Below are positions 9,633 to 19,805 of a stretch of DNA of 64,000 nucleotides, in pieces. The notes below the pieces were generated by a model that was not told the DNA's origin, ran no database searches, and was given only the letters and a program-made list of their open reading frames with translations. The translations under genes were made by a program, and so were the position numbers. The first letter of the stretch is position 1, and the number at the start of each line of letters is the position of its first letter. This DNA is from Burkholderiales bacterium (lineage in GTDB: Bacteria > Pseudomonadota > Gammaproteobacteria > Burkholderiales > WYBJ01): assembly GCA_022841915.1 (NCBI GenBank), contig JALHQN010000002.1, forward strand, positions 338,724 to 402,723, read 5' to 3'.

Positions 9633-10715
9633 TCAAATCGATTCGCCGAGCTGCGCCAGCAACTCGGCCTGGTGTTCTGCCGCCAGCGCCTTGACGACGT
9701 CGTCCAGATCCCCGTCCATGATGGCGGCGATCTTGTACAGCGTGAGATTGATCCGATGATCGGTGACCCGGCCCTGAGGGAAGTTGTAGGTCCGGATGCG
9801 CTCGGACCGATCCCCGCTGCCGACCAGCAGCTTGCGCTCCGCGGCCACTTTCGCCTGCTGCTCGTTGACCTGCTCGGCCTTGATGCGCGCGGCGAGGATG
9901 GCAAGCGCCTGCGCCTTGTTCTTGTGCTGCGAGCGGTCGTTCTGACACTCGACCACGATGCCCGTCGGCAGATGCGTGACGCGCACCGCGGAATCGGTCT
10001 TGTTGATGTGCTGGCCGCCCGCGCCCGAGGCTCGGAAGGTGTCGATGCGCAGATCCGCGGGATTGAGCACGACATCGCTCACCTCGTCGACCTCCGGCAT
10101 CACGGCGACCGTACAGGCCGAGGTGTGGATGCGTCCCTGTGTCTCCGTGACCGGGACGCGCTGCACGCGATGGCCGCCGGACTCGAACTTCAGGCGCGAG
10201 TACGCGCCTTGACCGCTGATGCGCGCGATGATCTCCCGAAAGCCGCCGAGGTCGCTGTTGCTCGACGACATGACTTCCACTCGCCATCCCTGACGTTCGG
10301 CGTAGCGCGAGTACATGCGAAACAGATCGGCCGCGAACAGGGCCGACTCGTCGCCGCCGGTGCCGGCCCGAACCTCGAGGAAGACGTTGCGTTCGTCGTT
10401 GGGATCCTTGGGCAGCAGACTGCGTTGAAGCTCGACTTCGAGGCTCTGCATGCGCTCGCGGGCTGCGCGGATCTCGTCCTCGGCGAAGTCCCGCATGCTC
10501 GGGTCGCGCGCCATGTCCTGCGCGGTCTCTACGTCCTGGCCGCTTTGCAGATACGAGCGGTACAGCGCGACGACGGGCTGGATGTCGGCATGCTCGCGCG
10601 TGAGCTTGCGATAGTTGTCGAGGTTCTGCGTGACGTCCTCGGAGCCGAGCAAGGCGTTCAACTCGTCGAGTCGCGCGGTCAGCTGGTCGAGCTTTTGGGC
10701 GATACTGGGTTTCAT
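9633..10715 (-). CDS. prfA: peptide chain release factor 1
   Basis: GGQ motif ([11 protein letters not shown]) and the RF1-type PxT tripeptide ([14 protein letters not shown]). The start overlaps the hemA stop by 4 nt. Confidence 0.97.
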   Translation of the reverse strand: MKPSIAQKLDQLTARLDELNALLGSEDVTQNLDNYRKLTREHADIQPVVALYRSYLQSGQDVETAQDMARDPSMRDFAEDEIRAARERMQSLEVELQRSLLPKDPNDERNVFLEVRAGTGGDESALFAADLFRMYSRYAERQGWRVEVMSSSNSDLGGFREIIARISGQGAYSRLKFESGGHRVQRVPVTETQGRIHTSACTVAVMPEVDEVSDVVLNPADLRIDTFRASGAGGQHINKTDSAVRVTHLPTGIVVECQNDRSQHKNKAQALAILAARIKAEQVNEQQAKVAAERKLLVGSGDRSERIRTYNFPQGRVTDHRINLTLYKIAAIMDGDLDDVVKALAAEHQAELLAQLGESI

Positions 10716-11962
10716 TCGCGATGAATCTGGTAGAGGCGCGACAGGGTGCGCATGAGTTCCTCCCGCTCGTCGGCGGATGCCGTGTTGAGCGCGTTGGTCG
10801 GGCCGTGCATCAGCTTGTTGGTGAGCGCTTCGCTCATACGTTCGAGCACCTTGCGCGCATCGTCGCCCTTTTCCAGGGCCTTGAGCGCGCGTTCGAGTTC
10901 ATGCCGGCGGCTGCGCTCGGCCTGGTCGCGCAACGCTCGAATGGCCGGCACGGCATCGCGCGTGCTCATCCAGTGCATGAAGTCGCGCACTTCGGTGTCG
11001 ATGATCGCTTCGGCCTGCATCACCGCGCTGGACCGGGCCGCGAGGCCTTCGGACGCGATGCGGCCCAGATCGTCGACGGTGTAGAGAAAGGCATCGTCGA
11101 GTTCACCCACTTCGGGCTCGATGTCGCGCGGCACGGCCAAGTCGATCAGCAACATCGGGCGATGCTTGCGGGCCTTCAATGCGCTTTCGACCGTGCCCTT
11201 GCCGATGATGGGTAGCGGGCTCGCCGTGCTGGAGACCACGACATCGTACCTCGCCAGAGCGGTGGCCACATCGTTCAACGCGATCGCATGCCCCGCGTGG
11301 CGCGCGGCGAGTTCTTCGGCCCGAGCCTGAGTGCGGTTGGCGAAGGTCATCCGCTCGGGGTGGCGCGCGGCGAAGTGCGTGGCGCACAAATCGATCATTT
11401 CGCCGGCGCCCACGAACAGCAGGCGACATTCGCTCACACTGGGATAGATTTCCTCGGCGAGCCGTACGGCGATCGACGCCATGGAGACCGCATTGGCGCC
11501 GATCTCAGTATGCGTGCGCACCTCTTTGGCGACCGAGAACGTGCGCTGGAACAGCCGATTGAGCAGCAACCCGAGGGTGCCGGCCTCTTCGGCCGAGCGC
11601 ACGGCCTGCTTCATCTGCCCGAGGATCTGGGCCTCGCCGATCATCATCGAATCCAACCCGCTGGCCACCCGGAACGCATGCTGGACGGCACGTTCCTGCG
11701 GCAGGCGATAGATGTAGGGTTCGAGGCCGTCGGGCGGGAGATCGTGGTAGTCGGCGAGCCAATGCACGGCGGCGGCCGGCTCGTCGGTGTTGCAGTAGAT
11801 CTCGGTGCGGTTGCAGGTCGAGAGAATGGCCGCTTCTTTCACGGGCCGCTGCTCGACCAGATTACGCAAGGCCTGCGACAGGCGCTCGGTTTGAAAAACC
11901 ACCTGCTCGCGCACGGTCAGAGGCGCGGTCTGGTGGTTGATGCCAAAGGCGAACAAACGCAT
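10712..11962 (-). CDS. hemA: glutamyl-tRNA reductase
   Basis: ORF 10712..11980 begins with TTG. ATG 11962 gives [15 protein letters not shown]..., the usual HemA N-terminus. STCNRTE holds the active-site Cys and there is a central NAD-binding domain. Confidence 0.93.
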   Translation of the reverse strand: MRLFAFGINHQTAPLTVREQVVFQTERLSQALRNLVEQRPVKEAAILSTCNRTEIYCNTDEPAAAVHWLADYHDLPPDGLEPYIYRLPQERAVQHAFRVASGLDSMMIGEAQILGQMKQAVRSAEEAGTLGLLLNRLFQRTFSVAKEVRTHTEIGANAVSMASIAVRLAEEIYPSVSECRLLFVGAGEMIDLCATHFAARHPERMTFANRTQARAEELAARHAGHAIALNDVATALARYDVVVSSTASPLPIIGKGTVESALKARKHRPMLLIDLAVPRDIEPEVGELDDAFLYTVDDLGRIASEGLAARSSAVMQAEAIIDTEVRDFMHWMSTRDAVPAIRALRDQAERSRRHELERALKALEKGDDARKVLERMSEALTNKLMHGPTNALNTASADEREELMRTLSRLYQIHRE

Positions 11963-12009
11963 GGGGAGCGCGTGACTCAAAGCGGGCGCGGACAGCGGAA
12001 GGGTCCTGA

Positions 12010-12015
12010 ATTATA
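12010..12015 (-). promoter_or_regulatory. candidate -10 hexamer (TATAAT on minus strand) upstream of hemA
   Basis: Forward attata at 12010-12015 is TATAAT on the minus strand, 48 nt upstream of ATG 11962. No clear -35 is present. Confidence 0.3.
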
Positions 12016-12094
12016 GGCGATGTCCGCCCAGCGGCGCGCATGGTACCGCCAGGCATGCCGCATTCTCGTGGGGAGATCGTCCGTCAGGCGCCGC

Positions 12095-13111
12095 TCAACT
12101 GTGCTTCGCCACCGACCGGGCAGCAATCGCCACCGCGCCGCGCAGACCGACTTCGGGCGTCAGGACGACGTGCACCGGAAAGCTGCGCATCAATTCGGCG
12201 AACTTGCCCTTGGCGAGAAATCCCCGCAAGAAGGCGCCATCGCTGAACATGTGCGCGATGCGCGGCGCAATGCCGCCTGCGACGTAGATGCCGCCGTGCG
12301 CCATCAGCGTAAGGGCCAGATTGCCCGCGACAGCGCCGTAGATCTCGAGGAACAGATTGACCGCCGACATGGCGCGCGGGTCGCTGCCCTCGACCGCTCG
12401 GGAGGTGATCTCGGCGGCGGCCAACCCCGTTTCCTGAGCCCGTCCGCCCGAGGTCCGTACCCGTAGCGTGTCGGCCTCGCTCAGGAACTGATAGATGCGC
12501 TCGAGCCCCCTGCCCGACAGCAGCGCCCCGCACCAGACGCGCTCCAGCCGATGGGAGAGGTAGGTCCACAAGCGGCTCTGGACTTCGTTCACTGGCGCGA
12601 AGTCCGCGTTGCCCCCCTCGGAGGGCACGACTTTGTACCCGTTGCCCGTCCAGACCATCATGACCATGCCCAAACCGGTGCCGGCGCCGAGCACGCCCCG
12701 CACGCCGTGTTCGTCCGGGCGTCCCGGCTGCAGGCACTTCAGCTCGTTTTCGGGGAGGCCCGGTATGCCGTGGCCGACAGCGGCGAAATCGTTGACGAAG
12801 CGCACGTGCGAGATCCCGACGCTGGCCGCGAGCGCGTCACTGTCGACTTCCCAGGGCAGGTTGGTGAGGCGCACGCGCTTGCCCACGATGGGACCGGCGA
12901 GCGCGAAACACGCCGAAGCAATGGACTGGGGCCGATCGTTTCCCAGAGTTTTCAGGAAGGCTTGGGTGACCGCCTCGACACCGTCGAAGTCGGCATTCAT
13001 GAAGCCACCCGCTCGCAGCCTGCGATAGCGGCCGGCCTCGACCACGCCCAACTCCAGCAGTGTTTTCGTGCCGCCGACGTCGGCGGCGAGTGTGTGGCGC
13101 GGGGTGGTCAT
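12095..13111 (-). CDS. glk: glucokinase
   Basis: ADVGGTKT phosphate-1 motif, NDFAAVG, GAGTGLG, SEGGNADFAP and GGIYVAGGIAPR are typical of bacterial Glk. Confidence 0.85.
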   Translation of the reverse strand: MTTPRHTLAADVGGTKTLLELGVVEAGRYRRLRAGGFMNADFDGVEAVTQAFLKTLGNDRPQSIASACFALAGPIVGKRVRLTNLPWEVDSDALAASVGISHVRFVNDFAAVGHGIPGLPENELKCLQPGRPDEHGVRGVLGAGTGLGMVMMVWTGNGYKVVPSEGGNADFAPVNEVQSRLWTYLSHRLERVWCGALLSGRGLERIYQFLSEADTLRVRTSGGRAQETGLAAAEITSRAVEGSDPRAMSAVNLFLEIYGAVAGNLALTLMAHGGIYVAGGIAPRIAHMFSDGAFLRGFLAKGKFAELMRSFPVHVVLTPEVGLRGAVAIAARSVAKHS

Positions 13112-13114
13112 CGG

Positions 13115-13897
13115 TCACTTGCCTTTGAACTGGGGTTTACGCTTCTCGACGAATGCCCGGCGGCCTTCGATACGATCCTCGGTGCCGTGCAGCAGGCCGA
13201 ACGCGTAGCGTTCGGCCTCCAGAGCGGCCGATAGCGGCATGTCCATGCCGCGGTTCACCAGGCGTTTGACCGCACGCACGGCCAGCGGTGCACCCGCGGC
13301 GATGCGTTTGGCGATGGCACGCGCTTCATCGAGCAGCTTGTCTTGTGGCACGACCCGGCTCACCAACCCGATGCGCAGCGCCTCTCGGGCATCGATGGCG
13401 TCGCCCGTGAGCATCATCAGCATCGCATCCGATTGGCCGATGAGCCGCGGCAGGCGCTGAGTTGCGCCTGCGCCCGGGAGCGTGCCGATCTTGACCTCGG
13501 AGAGCGCGAAGCGCGCGTTCTCGGCGCAGATGCGGATATCGCAAGCCAGCGCGAGCTGCATGCCGCCCGCGATCGCGTGGCCGTTGACCGCTGCAATGAT
13601 CGGCGTATCGCAACGTTCGAGCCCAGCGTGCAAGTCGCGCGCCATGGGCGTGCCGAACATCTGCTGGGCGAAGGAGGCTTCCCCGCCTATGGTGGTTTTC
13701 AGATCGCCGCCCGAGCAGAAAGCCTTGTCGCCCGCGCCGGTGACGATGAGCACGCGGATCTGCGGGTCCACGCGAACCTGCTCCCAGATCCCGTGCAGCT
13801 CGGCGCGCATCGACGGCGTGACTGCGTTCATGGCCTGCGGCCGGTCGATCGTGACCGTGGCGATCTGGTCCTGCACGCTGAACGATATGCCGGGCAT
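13115..13897 (-). CDS. enoyl-CoA hydratase/isomerase (crotonase) family protein
   Basis: 260 aa. FCSGGDLK oxyanion-hole region and AAVNGHAIAGG. Confidence 0.88.
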   Translation of the reverse strand: MPGISFSVQDQIATVTIDRPQAMNAVTPSMRAELHGIWEQVRVDPQIRVLIVTGAGDKAFCSGGDLKTTIGGEASFAQQMFGTPMARDLHAGLERCDTPIIAAVNGHAIAGGMQLALACDIRICAENARFALSEVKIGTLPGAGATQRLPRLIGQSDAMLMMLTGDAIDAREALRIGLVSRVVPQDKLLDEARAIAKRIAAGAPLAVRAVKRLVNRGMDMPLSAALEAERYAFGLLHGTEDRIEGRRAFVEKRKPQFKGK

Positions 13898-13907
13898 TCG
13901 ACGGATC

Positions 13908-14744
13908 CTATACCGTGGGATCGCACCGCAGCGAGAACGGCCGATCGTGCTGCAGCGCAGGCAGCATGCCGCGCACCTTGGCCGCCTGTTGCAGATCTAT
14001 ATCGGCGACGAGCACGCCGGGTTGATCCTCCAGTTCGGCGACGATCTTGCCCCAGGGGTCGATGATGAGCGAATGACCGTAGGTGGATCGGCCGTTGGCA
14101 TGATCGCCGCACATGGCCGGGGCGATCACCCAAGCTGCGTTCTCGATCGCACGCGCCCGCAGCAGCGCATGCCAATGTGCCGGGCCGGTTTCACGCTGAA
14201 ACGACGACGGCACGGCCAGCATCACGGCGCCCGCTTGGGCCAACGCGCGATACAGTTGGGGAAAGCGCAGGTCGTAGCACACGCTCATGCCCAGCGGGCC
14301 CCACGGCGTGGCGGCGACGACGGCCTCGTCGCCCGGCTGGTAGCCGCTCGATTCGCGAATCACCTTGCCGTTGGGCAAGGTGCAATCGAACATGTGGATC
14401 TTGTCGTAGCGCGCGACGATGTCGCCGTTGCTGGATACGAGATAGGAGCGGTTCGCCATGCGATCGTCCGAGGCGCGTACGGTGAGCGATCCGAGCAGCA
14501 GCCAGGCCCGGGTCTCGCGCGCCAGGGCGCTGAACGCAGGCAGCGCCGGATGCTGCGCCTCGTCGGGCGAGCCTTCGCGCATGACCCGACCGCTGCCGTC
14601 GAGCAACACGCAATACTCCGGCAGTGCGATCAATTGCGCGCCTTGGGACGCAGCGTTGCGGACTGCCTGCGTGGCGGCTTCCAGATTACGGGCGAGATCG
14701 CTGCCGGCATTGAGCTGGATGCAGCCCACCTTCAGATGTGTCAT
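13908..14744 (-). CDS. carbon-nitrogen hydrolase (nitrilase superfamily) protein
   Basis: ORF 13908..15038. Start is ATG 14744 (residue 99). The E-K-C triad contexts ALPEY, YDKIHMFD and SVCYDLRFP are present. Confidence 0.85.
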   Translation of the reverse strand: MTHLKVGCIQLNAGSDLARNLEAATQAVRNAASQGAQLIALPEYCVLLDGSGRVMREGSPDEAQHPALPAFSALARETRAWLLLGSLTVRASDDRMANRSYLVSSNGDIVARYDKIHMFDCTLPNGKVIRESSGYQPGDEAVVAATPWGPLGMSVCYDLRFPQLYRALAQAGAVMLAVPSSFQRETGPAHWHALLRARAIENAAWVIAPAMCGDHANGRSTYGHSLIIDPWGKIVAELEDQPGVLVADIDLQQAAKVRGMLPALQHDRPFSLRCDPTV

Positions 14745-14808
14745 TGCAGAGCCTTTCGTCGAGCCTGCGGTCGAATCGGCGATTCGCCTTCGATCGACCG
14801 CAAGCCAA

Positions 14809-15816
14809 TCAGTCGTCGCCCGCCCGATACTCGTTCGCCAGGGGCTCGTTGCGCAGCAGGTGCCCGATGTTCTCGATGAAGTAGCGCGTGCCGCGGCCGT
14901 CGTTACCCTGGGCCGAGGAGGCGTTGTGCGGCGACATGACCACGTTGGGCATTTCCCACAGCGGCGAGTCGAGCGGCAACGGCTCGCGGGCATAGACATC
15001 CAGGTAGGCGCCGGCCAAGGCGCCATTGCGCAGCGCATGGATCAATGCGGTTTCGTCGACCACTTCGCCGCGCGCGACGTTGATGAACGACGCGGTGGGC
15101 TTGAGCAACGCGAGCGCCTTGGCATCGATCATGCCACGCGTGGCTGCGGTGAGCGGGCACGTCATCACCAGGAAGTCGGCCAAGGGGAGTACGCTCGTCA
15201 GTTCGCGCGGCGTGACTAGACGATCGACGGGTTCGCCGGGCCGGAGCCCGCTGCGGCGCACGCCGATGACTCGCAACCCGAGCATCTGTGCGAAACGGGC
15301 GAAGCGCGAGCCCACGGCGCCGAGCCCGACCACGACGACCGTCTGTCCGGCCAAGTCGGGCGGCACACCGGCGTCTCGGTGCGGCAACCACTGCTTCGCC
15401 TGCTGGCCGCGTATCCATACATGAGCACGCCGCCCCATGAGCAGCAGTCCCATGAGCGCGATCTGCGCCACCGGATCGGCATTCGACCCGGTGGACGTGC
15501 TCATGCGCACGCCACGTTGGAGCAGGCCGTCCAGCCACGGTGTCGGATTCATGCCCGAGCTGATGAAGTGCACCCAGCGCAGGTTCGGCGTGGCAGCCAT
15601 CGCATGATCGAAGGCGTGCACGTGCGCCGTGAATCTGAGATCGCGCGTGAAGAATGCGGCGTGCACCCGCTCGAGGTCCGTCGCGCTCAGGCGCTCGCTC
15701 GGATCGTCGGGGAGATGGATGAAATCCGGCTCCAGACCTTGCGCCTGCACGGCAGCGCCGATGTCGCGGCCGAACTGGGCCACGAGCCCCTTCGAGAGCA
15801 GCATCCCGAACTTCAT
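14809..15816 (-). CDS. D-isomer-specific 2-hydroxyacid dehydrogenase family protein
   Basis: This is the C-terminal 335 aa of the 742-aa track ORF. Start is ATG 15816 (MKFGMLLSKG...). VVVVGLGAVGSRFA Rossmann motif, INVARGEVVDE and the SPHNAS catalytic His region. Confidence 0.85.
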   Translation of the reverse strand: MKFGMLLSKGLVAQFGRDIGAAVQAQGLEPDFIHLPDDPSERLSATDLERVHAAFFTRDLRFTAHVHAFDHAMAATPNLRWVHFISSGMNPTPWLDGLLQRGVRMSTSTGSNADPVAQIALMGLLLMGRRAHVWIRGQQAKQWLPHRDAGVPPDLAGQTVVVVGLGAVGSRFARFAQMLGLRVIGVRRSGLRPGEPVDRLVTPRELTSVLPLADFLVMTCPLTAATRGMIDAKALALLKPTASFINVARGEVVDETALIHALRNGALAGAYLDVYAREPLPLDSPLWEMPNVVMSPHNASSAQGNDGRGTRYFIENIGHLLRNEPLANEYRAGDD

Positions 15817-15842
15817 TGCCTGTGCTCCGTCGACCACGACCG

Positions 15843-16748
15843 TCAATCGCCGACCTTGAGGTTGTCCTTCGCATAGAGCTGATCGATCTTGCGCTCGTAG
15901 GCATGATAGTCGAGGTGCCGGTAGAGCTCGTCGCGCGTCTGCATGAGCGGCAGCACGCTCTTGGCCGAACCTTCGGCGCGGATCGACTCGAACACCTTGA
16001 GCGCGGCGGCGCTTTGCGCGCGGAACGCCGAGAGCGGATACAAGGCCATCGCGATGTTCACGCTGCGCAATTCCTCCACGGTGAAGCAAGGCGTCTTGGA
16101 GAACTCGGTGATGTTGGCCAGCAGAGGATAGCCCTCGCCGAGCGCTGCGGCGAACTTGGCATACTGGGGCAGCTGCGTGACCGCCTCGGGGAAGACGCCG
16201 TCGGCGCCGGCCTCCTTGCAGGCGATGGCGCGCTCGATGGCCGAATCGATGCCCTCCACGGCCAGCGCGTCGGTGCGGGCAAGGATGAAGAACTCCGGGT
16301 CGGTGCGGGCGTCGACGGCCGCCTTGATGCGATCCACCATTTCCGCTTTCGACACGACCGCCTTGCCCGGCCGATGGCCACAGCGCTTGATCGCCACCTG
16401 ATCTTCCATGTGCAGCGCGCCGGCGCCTTGCTTGATCAGCGACTTCACGGTGCGCGCGATGTTGAAGACGCCGCCGAAGCCGGTATCGATGTCCACCATC
16501 AAGGGCAGCGTCGTGGCGTTGGTGATGCGGTCGACATCGGTGAGGATGTCGTTCAGCGTCGTGATCGCCAGGTCCGGCAGGCCGAAAGAGGCATTCGCCA
16601 CACCGCCCCCGGAGAGATAGATCGCGCGGAAACCCGAGGCTTGCGCGAGCAGGGCGGTGAACGCGTTCACCGTGCCTACGATCTGCAGCGGGGTCTCGGC
16701 TTTCAGGGCGGCACGAAAACGTGCGCCGGCGGATTCGGCACAGGTCAT
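15843..16748 (-). CDS. isocitrate lyase/PEP mutase family protein (methylisocitrate-lyase/PrpB-like)
   Basis: ORF 15843..16907. Start is ATG 16748 (residue 54), with GAGGAG upstream. [28 protein letters not shown] and ILARTDA are family signatures. Confidence 0.85.
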   Translation of the reverse strand: MTCAESAGARFRAALKAETPLQIVGTVNAFTALLAQASGFRAIYLSGGGVANASFGLPDLAITTLNDILTDVDRITNATTLPLMVDIDTGFGGVFNIARTVKSLIKQGAGALHMEDQVAIKRCGHRPGKAVVSKAEMVDRIKAAVDARTDPEFFILARTDALAVEGIDSAIERAIACKEAGADGVFPEAVTQLPQYAKFAAALGEGYPLLANITEFSKTPCFTVEELRSVNIAMALYPLSAFRAQSAAALKVFESIRAEGSAKSVLPLMQTRDELYRHLDYHAYERKIDQLYAKDNLKVGD

Positions 16749-16960
16749 GAGGGACTCCTCGACGAAGGGTGACTGGGGATGCGATTCGGCGGCCCGATGC
16801 AGCCGCGAAGAGGCGCTCGATGATACACCCCGGCCCAAAGGGTCGAAAACCACAGCAGCGGCCGGGCGGGCGTTCAGGTTTCCAGCTCGGCGGCACTGCG
16901 GTAGCATCCGGGCAACGCCGGCCTTCCCGGCAACCTACGCTGCCATCCCTGGAGAGAGCC

Positions 16961-18346
16961 ATGAACGACGTCGCACCGCCGGCCGCCGCCACCGAGCACA
17001 ACGATGCCACCCGCCGACTTGCCCGGCACGTGGCCACGACCGGCTATGCCGATCTGAGCGAGCGCGCCGTGCACGCATTCAAGCGTGCCCTGATGGACTA
17101 CCTGGCCACATCGATCACCGGCTCGCAGGAGCCGGTGTCCAAGCAGATGCTCGATTACCTCGCCAGTGTGGACGAGTCGCGCACTGCCGCCGTGATCGGC
17201 AGCACGCAGCGCCTGTCCGTGCTCAATGCTGCGCTGCTCAACGGAACGAGCACTCACGCGCTCGATTTCGACGACGGTCATACCAACGCGTCGGCCCATC
17301 CGGCCGGCCCGAATTTTCCGGCCGTGTTCGCCGTGGCCGAGCAGAAGGCGATGGATGCCAAGAGCGTGATCCTCGCGACGGTCATGGGTTACGACGTCAT
17401 GCTGCGCGTCTCCTCGGCCATCCATCCGACCTCCGCCCTGCGCGGCTGGCACAACACGCCCATCACCGGGGTGCTCGGGGCGGCGGCCGGCGTGTCGCGA
17501 CTCATCGGCAACGACGAGGAGCAGACGCTCTATGCCATCGGGCTGGCGGGCAGTTTCGCCGGCGGCCTGTTCGAGTTTCTCGGCGAAGGTGCGGACATCA
17601 AGCGCATACATCCGGGCAAGGCCGCGCGCGACGGCGTGCTTTGCGCCGAGCTGGGCAAGCGCGGGATCACCGGGCCGATGCATGTGCTCGAAGGCAAGCA
17701 CGGCTTCTTCAAGGCTTTCGTCGAGAACAAGGTCAACTGGGAGCGGTTGATGCTCGATCTGGGCAGCCGCTACGAGATCGAGGACGCCTACTTCAAGCCC
17801 TACCCATGCTGCCGGCATCTGCACCCCATCATGGACGGCATCGTCACGCTCAAGCGCAAGCATCAGATCAATCCTTCGCAGGTCGAGCGGATCGAGGCCG
17901 GCAGCTATGCGGTCGGCGCGCGGCACAATCACACCAGCTGGGAGGCCTTGCTCGATGCCCAGATGAGCATGCCTTGCGCGGCCGCGCTAGCGCTCGTCGA
18001 AGACAATGTGACGTCGCCCTCGTTCAAGCCCGGGCGCATCGACCGTCCGGAGGTGCAGGACATGATCAAGAAGGTGTCGGTTTACACCGATGCGGAAACC
18101 GACCGGGTGTATCCGCAGCGTCGTGGCGGTGTCGTGACCCTGGTGATGAAAGATGGTGCCCGCCTGACCGAACGCGTGCTCGACCCCAAGGGCGAGGGCG
18201 AGAACCTCATGTCCGACGCCGATCTGGAAACCAAGTTCCTCTCGAACTGCGAAGCCATCATCGGCAAAGACAAGTGCCAGCGCCTGGTGGACGCCGTGTG
18301 GAGCTTCGATCGGCTCGACAACCTGGCGCTCTTCTACCGCTGGTAG
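16961..18346 (+). CDS. MmgE/PrpD family protein
   Basis: ORF 16769..18346. Start is ATG 16961 (residue 65), with GGAGAG upstream. ALDFDDGH and YFKPYPCCRHLHP motifs. Confidence 0.85.
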   Translation: MNDVAPPAAATEHNDATRRLARHVATTGYADLSERAVHAFKRALMDYLATSITGSQEPVSKQMLDYLASVDESRTAAVIGSTQRLSVLNAALLNGTSTHALDFDDGHTNASAHPAGPNFPAVFAVAEQKAMDAKSVILATVMGYDVMLRVSSAIHPTSALRGWHNTPITGVLGAAAGVSRLIGNDEEQTLYAIGLAGSFAGGLFEFLGEGADIKRIHPGKAARDGVLCAELGKRGITGPMHVLEGKHGFFKAFVENKVNWERLMLDLGSRYEIEDAYFKPYPCCRHLHPIMDGIVTLKRKHQINPSQVERIEAGSYAVGARHNHTSWEALLDAQMSMPCAAALALVEDNVTSPSFKPGRIDRPEVQDMIKKVSVYTDAETDRVYPQRRGGVVTLVMKDGARLTERVLDPKGEGENLMSDADLETKFLSNCEAIIGKDKCQRLVDAVWSFDRLDNLALFYRW

Positions 18347-18469
18347 ATCGTGCCCGCAGGGGATATTTCCCTGCGGGAGAGTCTCAGTGTCTTGCAGTGA
18401 ACGGCGTTGCCGGGGACGGTCGACTTGTTCCGTTCCCGGGTCTCATCAACCTCCATCCAAAGATCCGGC

Positions 18470-19729
18470 ATGGCCAAGATTCCCTCGCGCAACTTCGCAA
18501 CCGGCGCGCGTTGTCCGCTCGACGGCGTGCGCATCCTCGATTTGTCCCGCGTCATTGCGGGCAACATGGTGAGCCTGGCGCTGGCGGATTTCGGCGCCGA
18601 AGTCATCAAGGTCGAGCCTCCGGAGGGCGACGCCTTGCGCGACTGGATGGTGGCGGGCGTGGCCGCCAACTGGAAGGTCTACGCGCGCAACAAGAAGAGC
18701 GTCGGACTCAATCTGCGCAAGCCCGAGGGGCGCGAGATTCTGCTGCGCCTGGTCGAGACGGCCCAGGTCTTCATCGAAAATTTCCGTCCCGGCACCCTGG
18801 AGAAGATGGGGCTCGGCCCCGATGTCCTGCTGGCGCGCAATCCCAAGCTGGTGGTGATGCGCGTGTCCGGCTGGGGGCAGGACGGCCCCTTTCGCCACAA
18901 GCCCGGCTTCGGCACGCTGATCGAGGGCATGTCGGGCTTTGCCGCGATGAACGGTTTCCCCGATCGAGAGCCGGTGCTTCCGCCCACGCAGATGGCCGAC
19001 ATGTACGCGGGCTACATCGGCTCCATGGCGGTGATGGTGGCCTTGCGTGAAGTCGAGGTGAACGGCGGCAGCGGTCAGGTGATCGATCTGCCCTTGTTCG
19101 ATCCCCTGTTCGCAGCACTCGGGCCGCAGGCCGCCTCGTATCAGCTCAGCGGCAAGGTGCGGCCGCGCTCGGGCAGCCGCTCCACCACCGCAGCGCCCCG
19201 CAATGCCTATCGGACGCGGGACGACAAGTGGGTTTCGATGTCGGCGTCCACGCAGAAGATGACCGAGCGCCTGCTTGCCGCCATCGGACGGCCGGAGCTG
19301 ATCGACGACCCGCGCTACCGGACCAATGCGGACCGCCTGCGCAACGGCGACGAACTCGACGACATCATCGCGCAGTTCATACGCAAGATGGATCTGGCCG
19401 CTGCGCTCGAATTCTTCGACCAAGCCGAAGTTACGGTGGGACCGATCTACGACATCTCGCAGCTCATGCAAGATGAATATATCGCCGAGCGCGAGATACT
19501 GGCCAACTATCCCGACGAGCAGATGGGCGAGATCGCCATGCACTGCGTCGTGCCGAGGCTGCAAGGCACGCCCGGCGCGATCCGCAAGCCTGCGCCGACG
19601 CTGATCGGCGAAGACAACGCCCAGGTGCTCGCCGGCCTGGGTATCGATGACGCCCGGATCGAGGCCTTGATGGCGGCCGATGCCGTTTACCGCGGCCCTC
19701 AGCGCAAGCGCTCCGGCGGCGACGACTAG
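18470..19729 (+). CDS. family III CoA-transferase (CaiB/BaiF family)
   Basis: ORF 18407..19729. Start is ATG 18470 (residue 22). LDGVRILDLSRVIAGN...LADFGAEVIKVEPPEGD is the typical N-terminus. Confidence 0.9.
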   Translation: MAKIPSRNFATGARCPLDGVRILDLSRVIAGNMVSLALADFGAEVIKVEPPEGDALRDWMVAGVAANWKVYARNKKSVGLNLRKPEGREILLRLVETAQVFIENFRPGTLEKMGLGPDVLLARNPKLVVMRVSGWGQDGPFRHKPGFGTLIEGMSGFAAMNGFPDREPVLPPTQMADMYAGYIGSMAVMVALREVEVNGGSGQVIDLPLFDPLFAALGPQAASYQLSGKVRPRSGSRSTTAAPRNAYRTRDDKWVSMSASTQKMTERLLAAIGRPELIDDPRYRTNADRLRNGDELDDIIAQFIRKMDLAAALEFFDQAEVTVGPIYDISQLMQDEYIAEREILANYPDEQMGEIAMHCVVPRLQGTPGAIRKPAPTLIGEDNAQVLAGLGIDDARIEALMAADAVYRGPQRKRSGGDD

Positions 19730-19805
19730 GCCCGCTCGCTGGGCATCCCCAGGGGCGGCGCCGCGAGGGCCCGCCTGCCTCGACTTTTCACGGAGACCAA
19801 AGCGC

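Noticed and set aside
14809-17037. 742-aa track ORF suggesting one very large protein. Similar cases are the 411-aa ORF 22919-24154, the 371-aa ORF 53810-54925, 1125-aa 2282-5659, 611-aa 34125-35960 and 493-aa 32933-34414.
   Set aside because: Only the C-terminal part matches a protein family. The N-terminal extensions are low-complexity and overlap the neighbouring, well-supported gene in another frame. Internal starts with ribosome-binding sites or start/stop coupling give family-typical lengths.
16657-19050. 797-aa plus-strand ORF off-frame to the PrpD-like and CoA-transferase genes
   Set aside because: The Arg/Gly/Ala-rich translation has no domain signature. The alternative frames give clean MmgE/PrpD and CaiB-family proteins with ribosome-binding sites.
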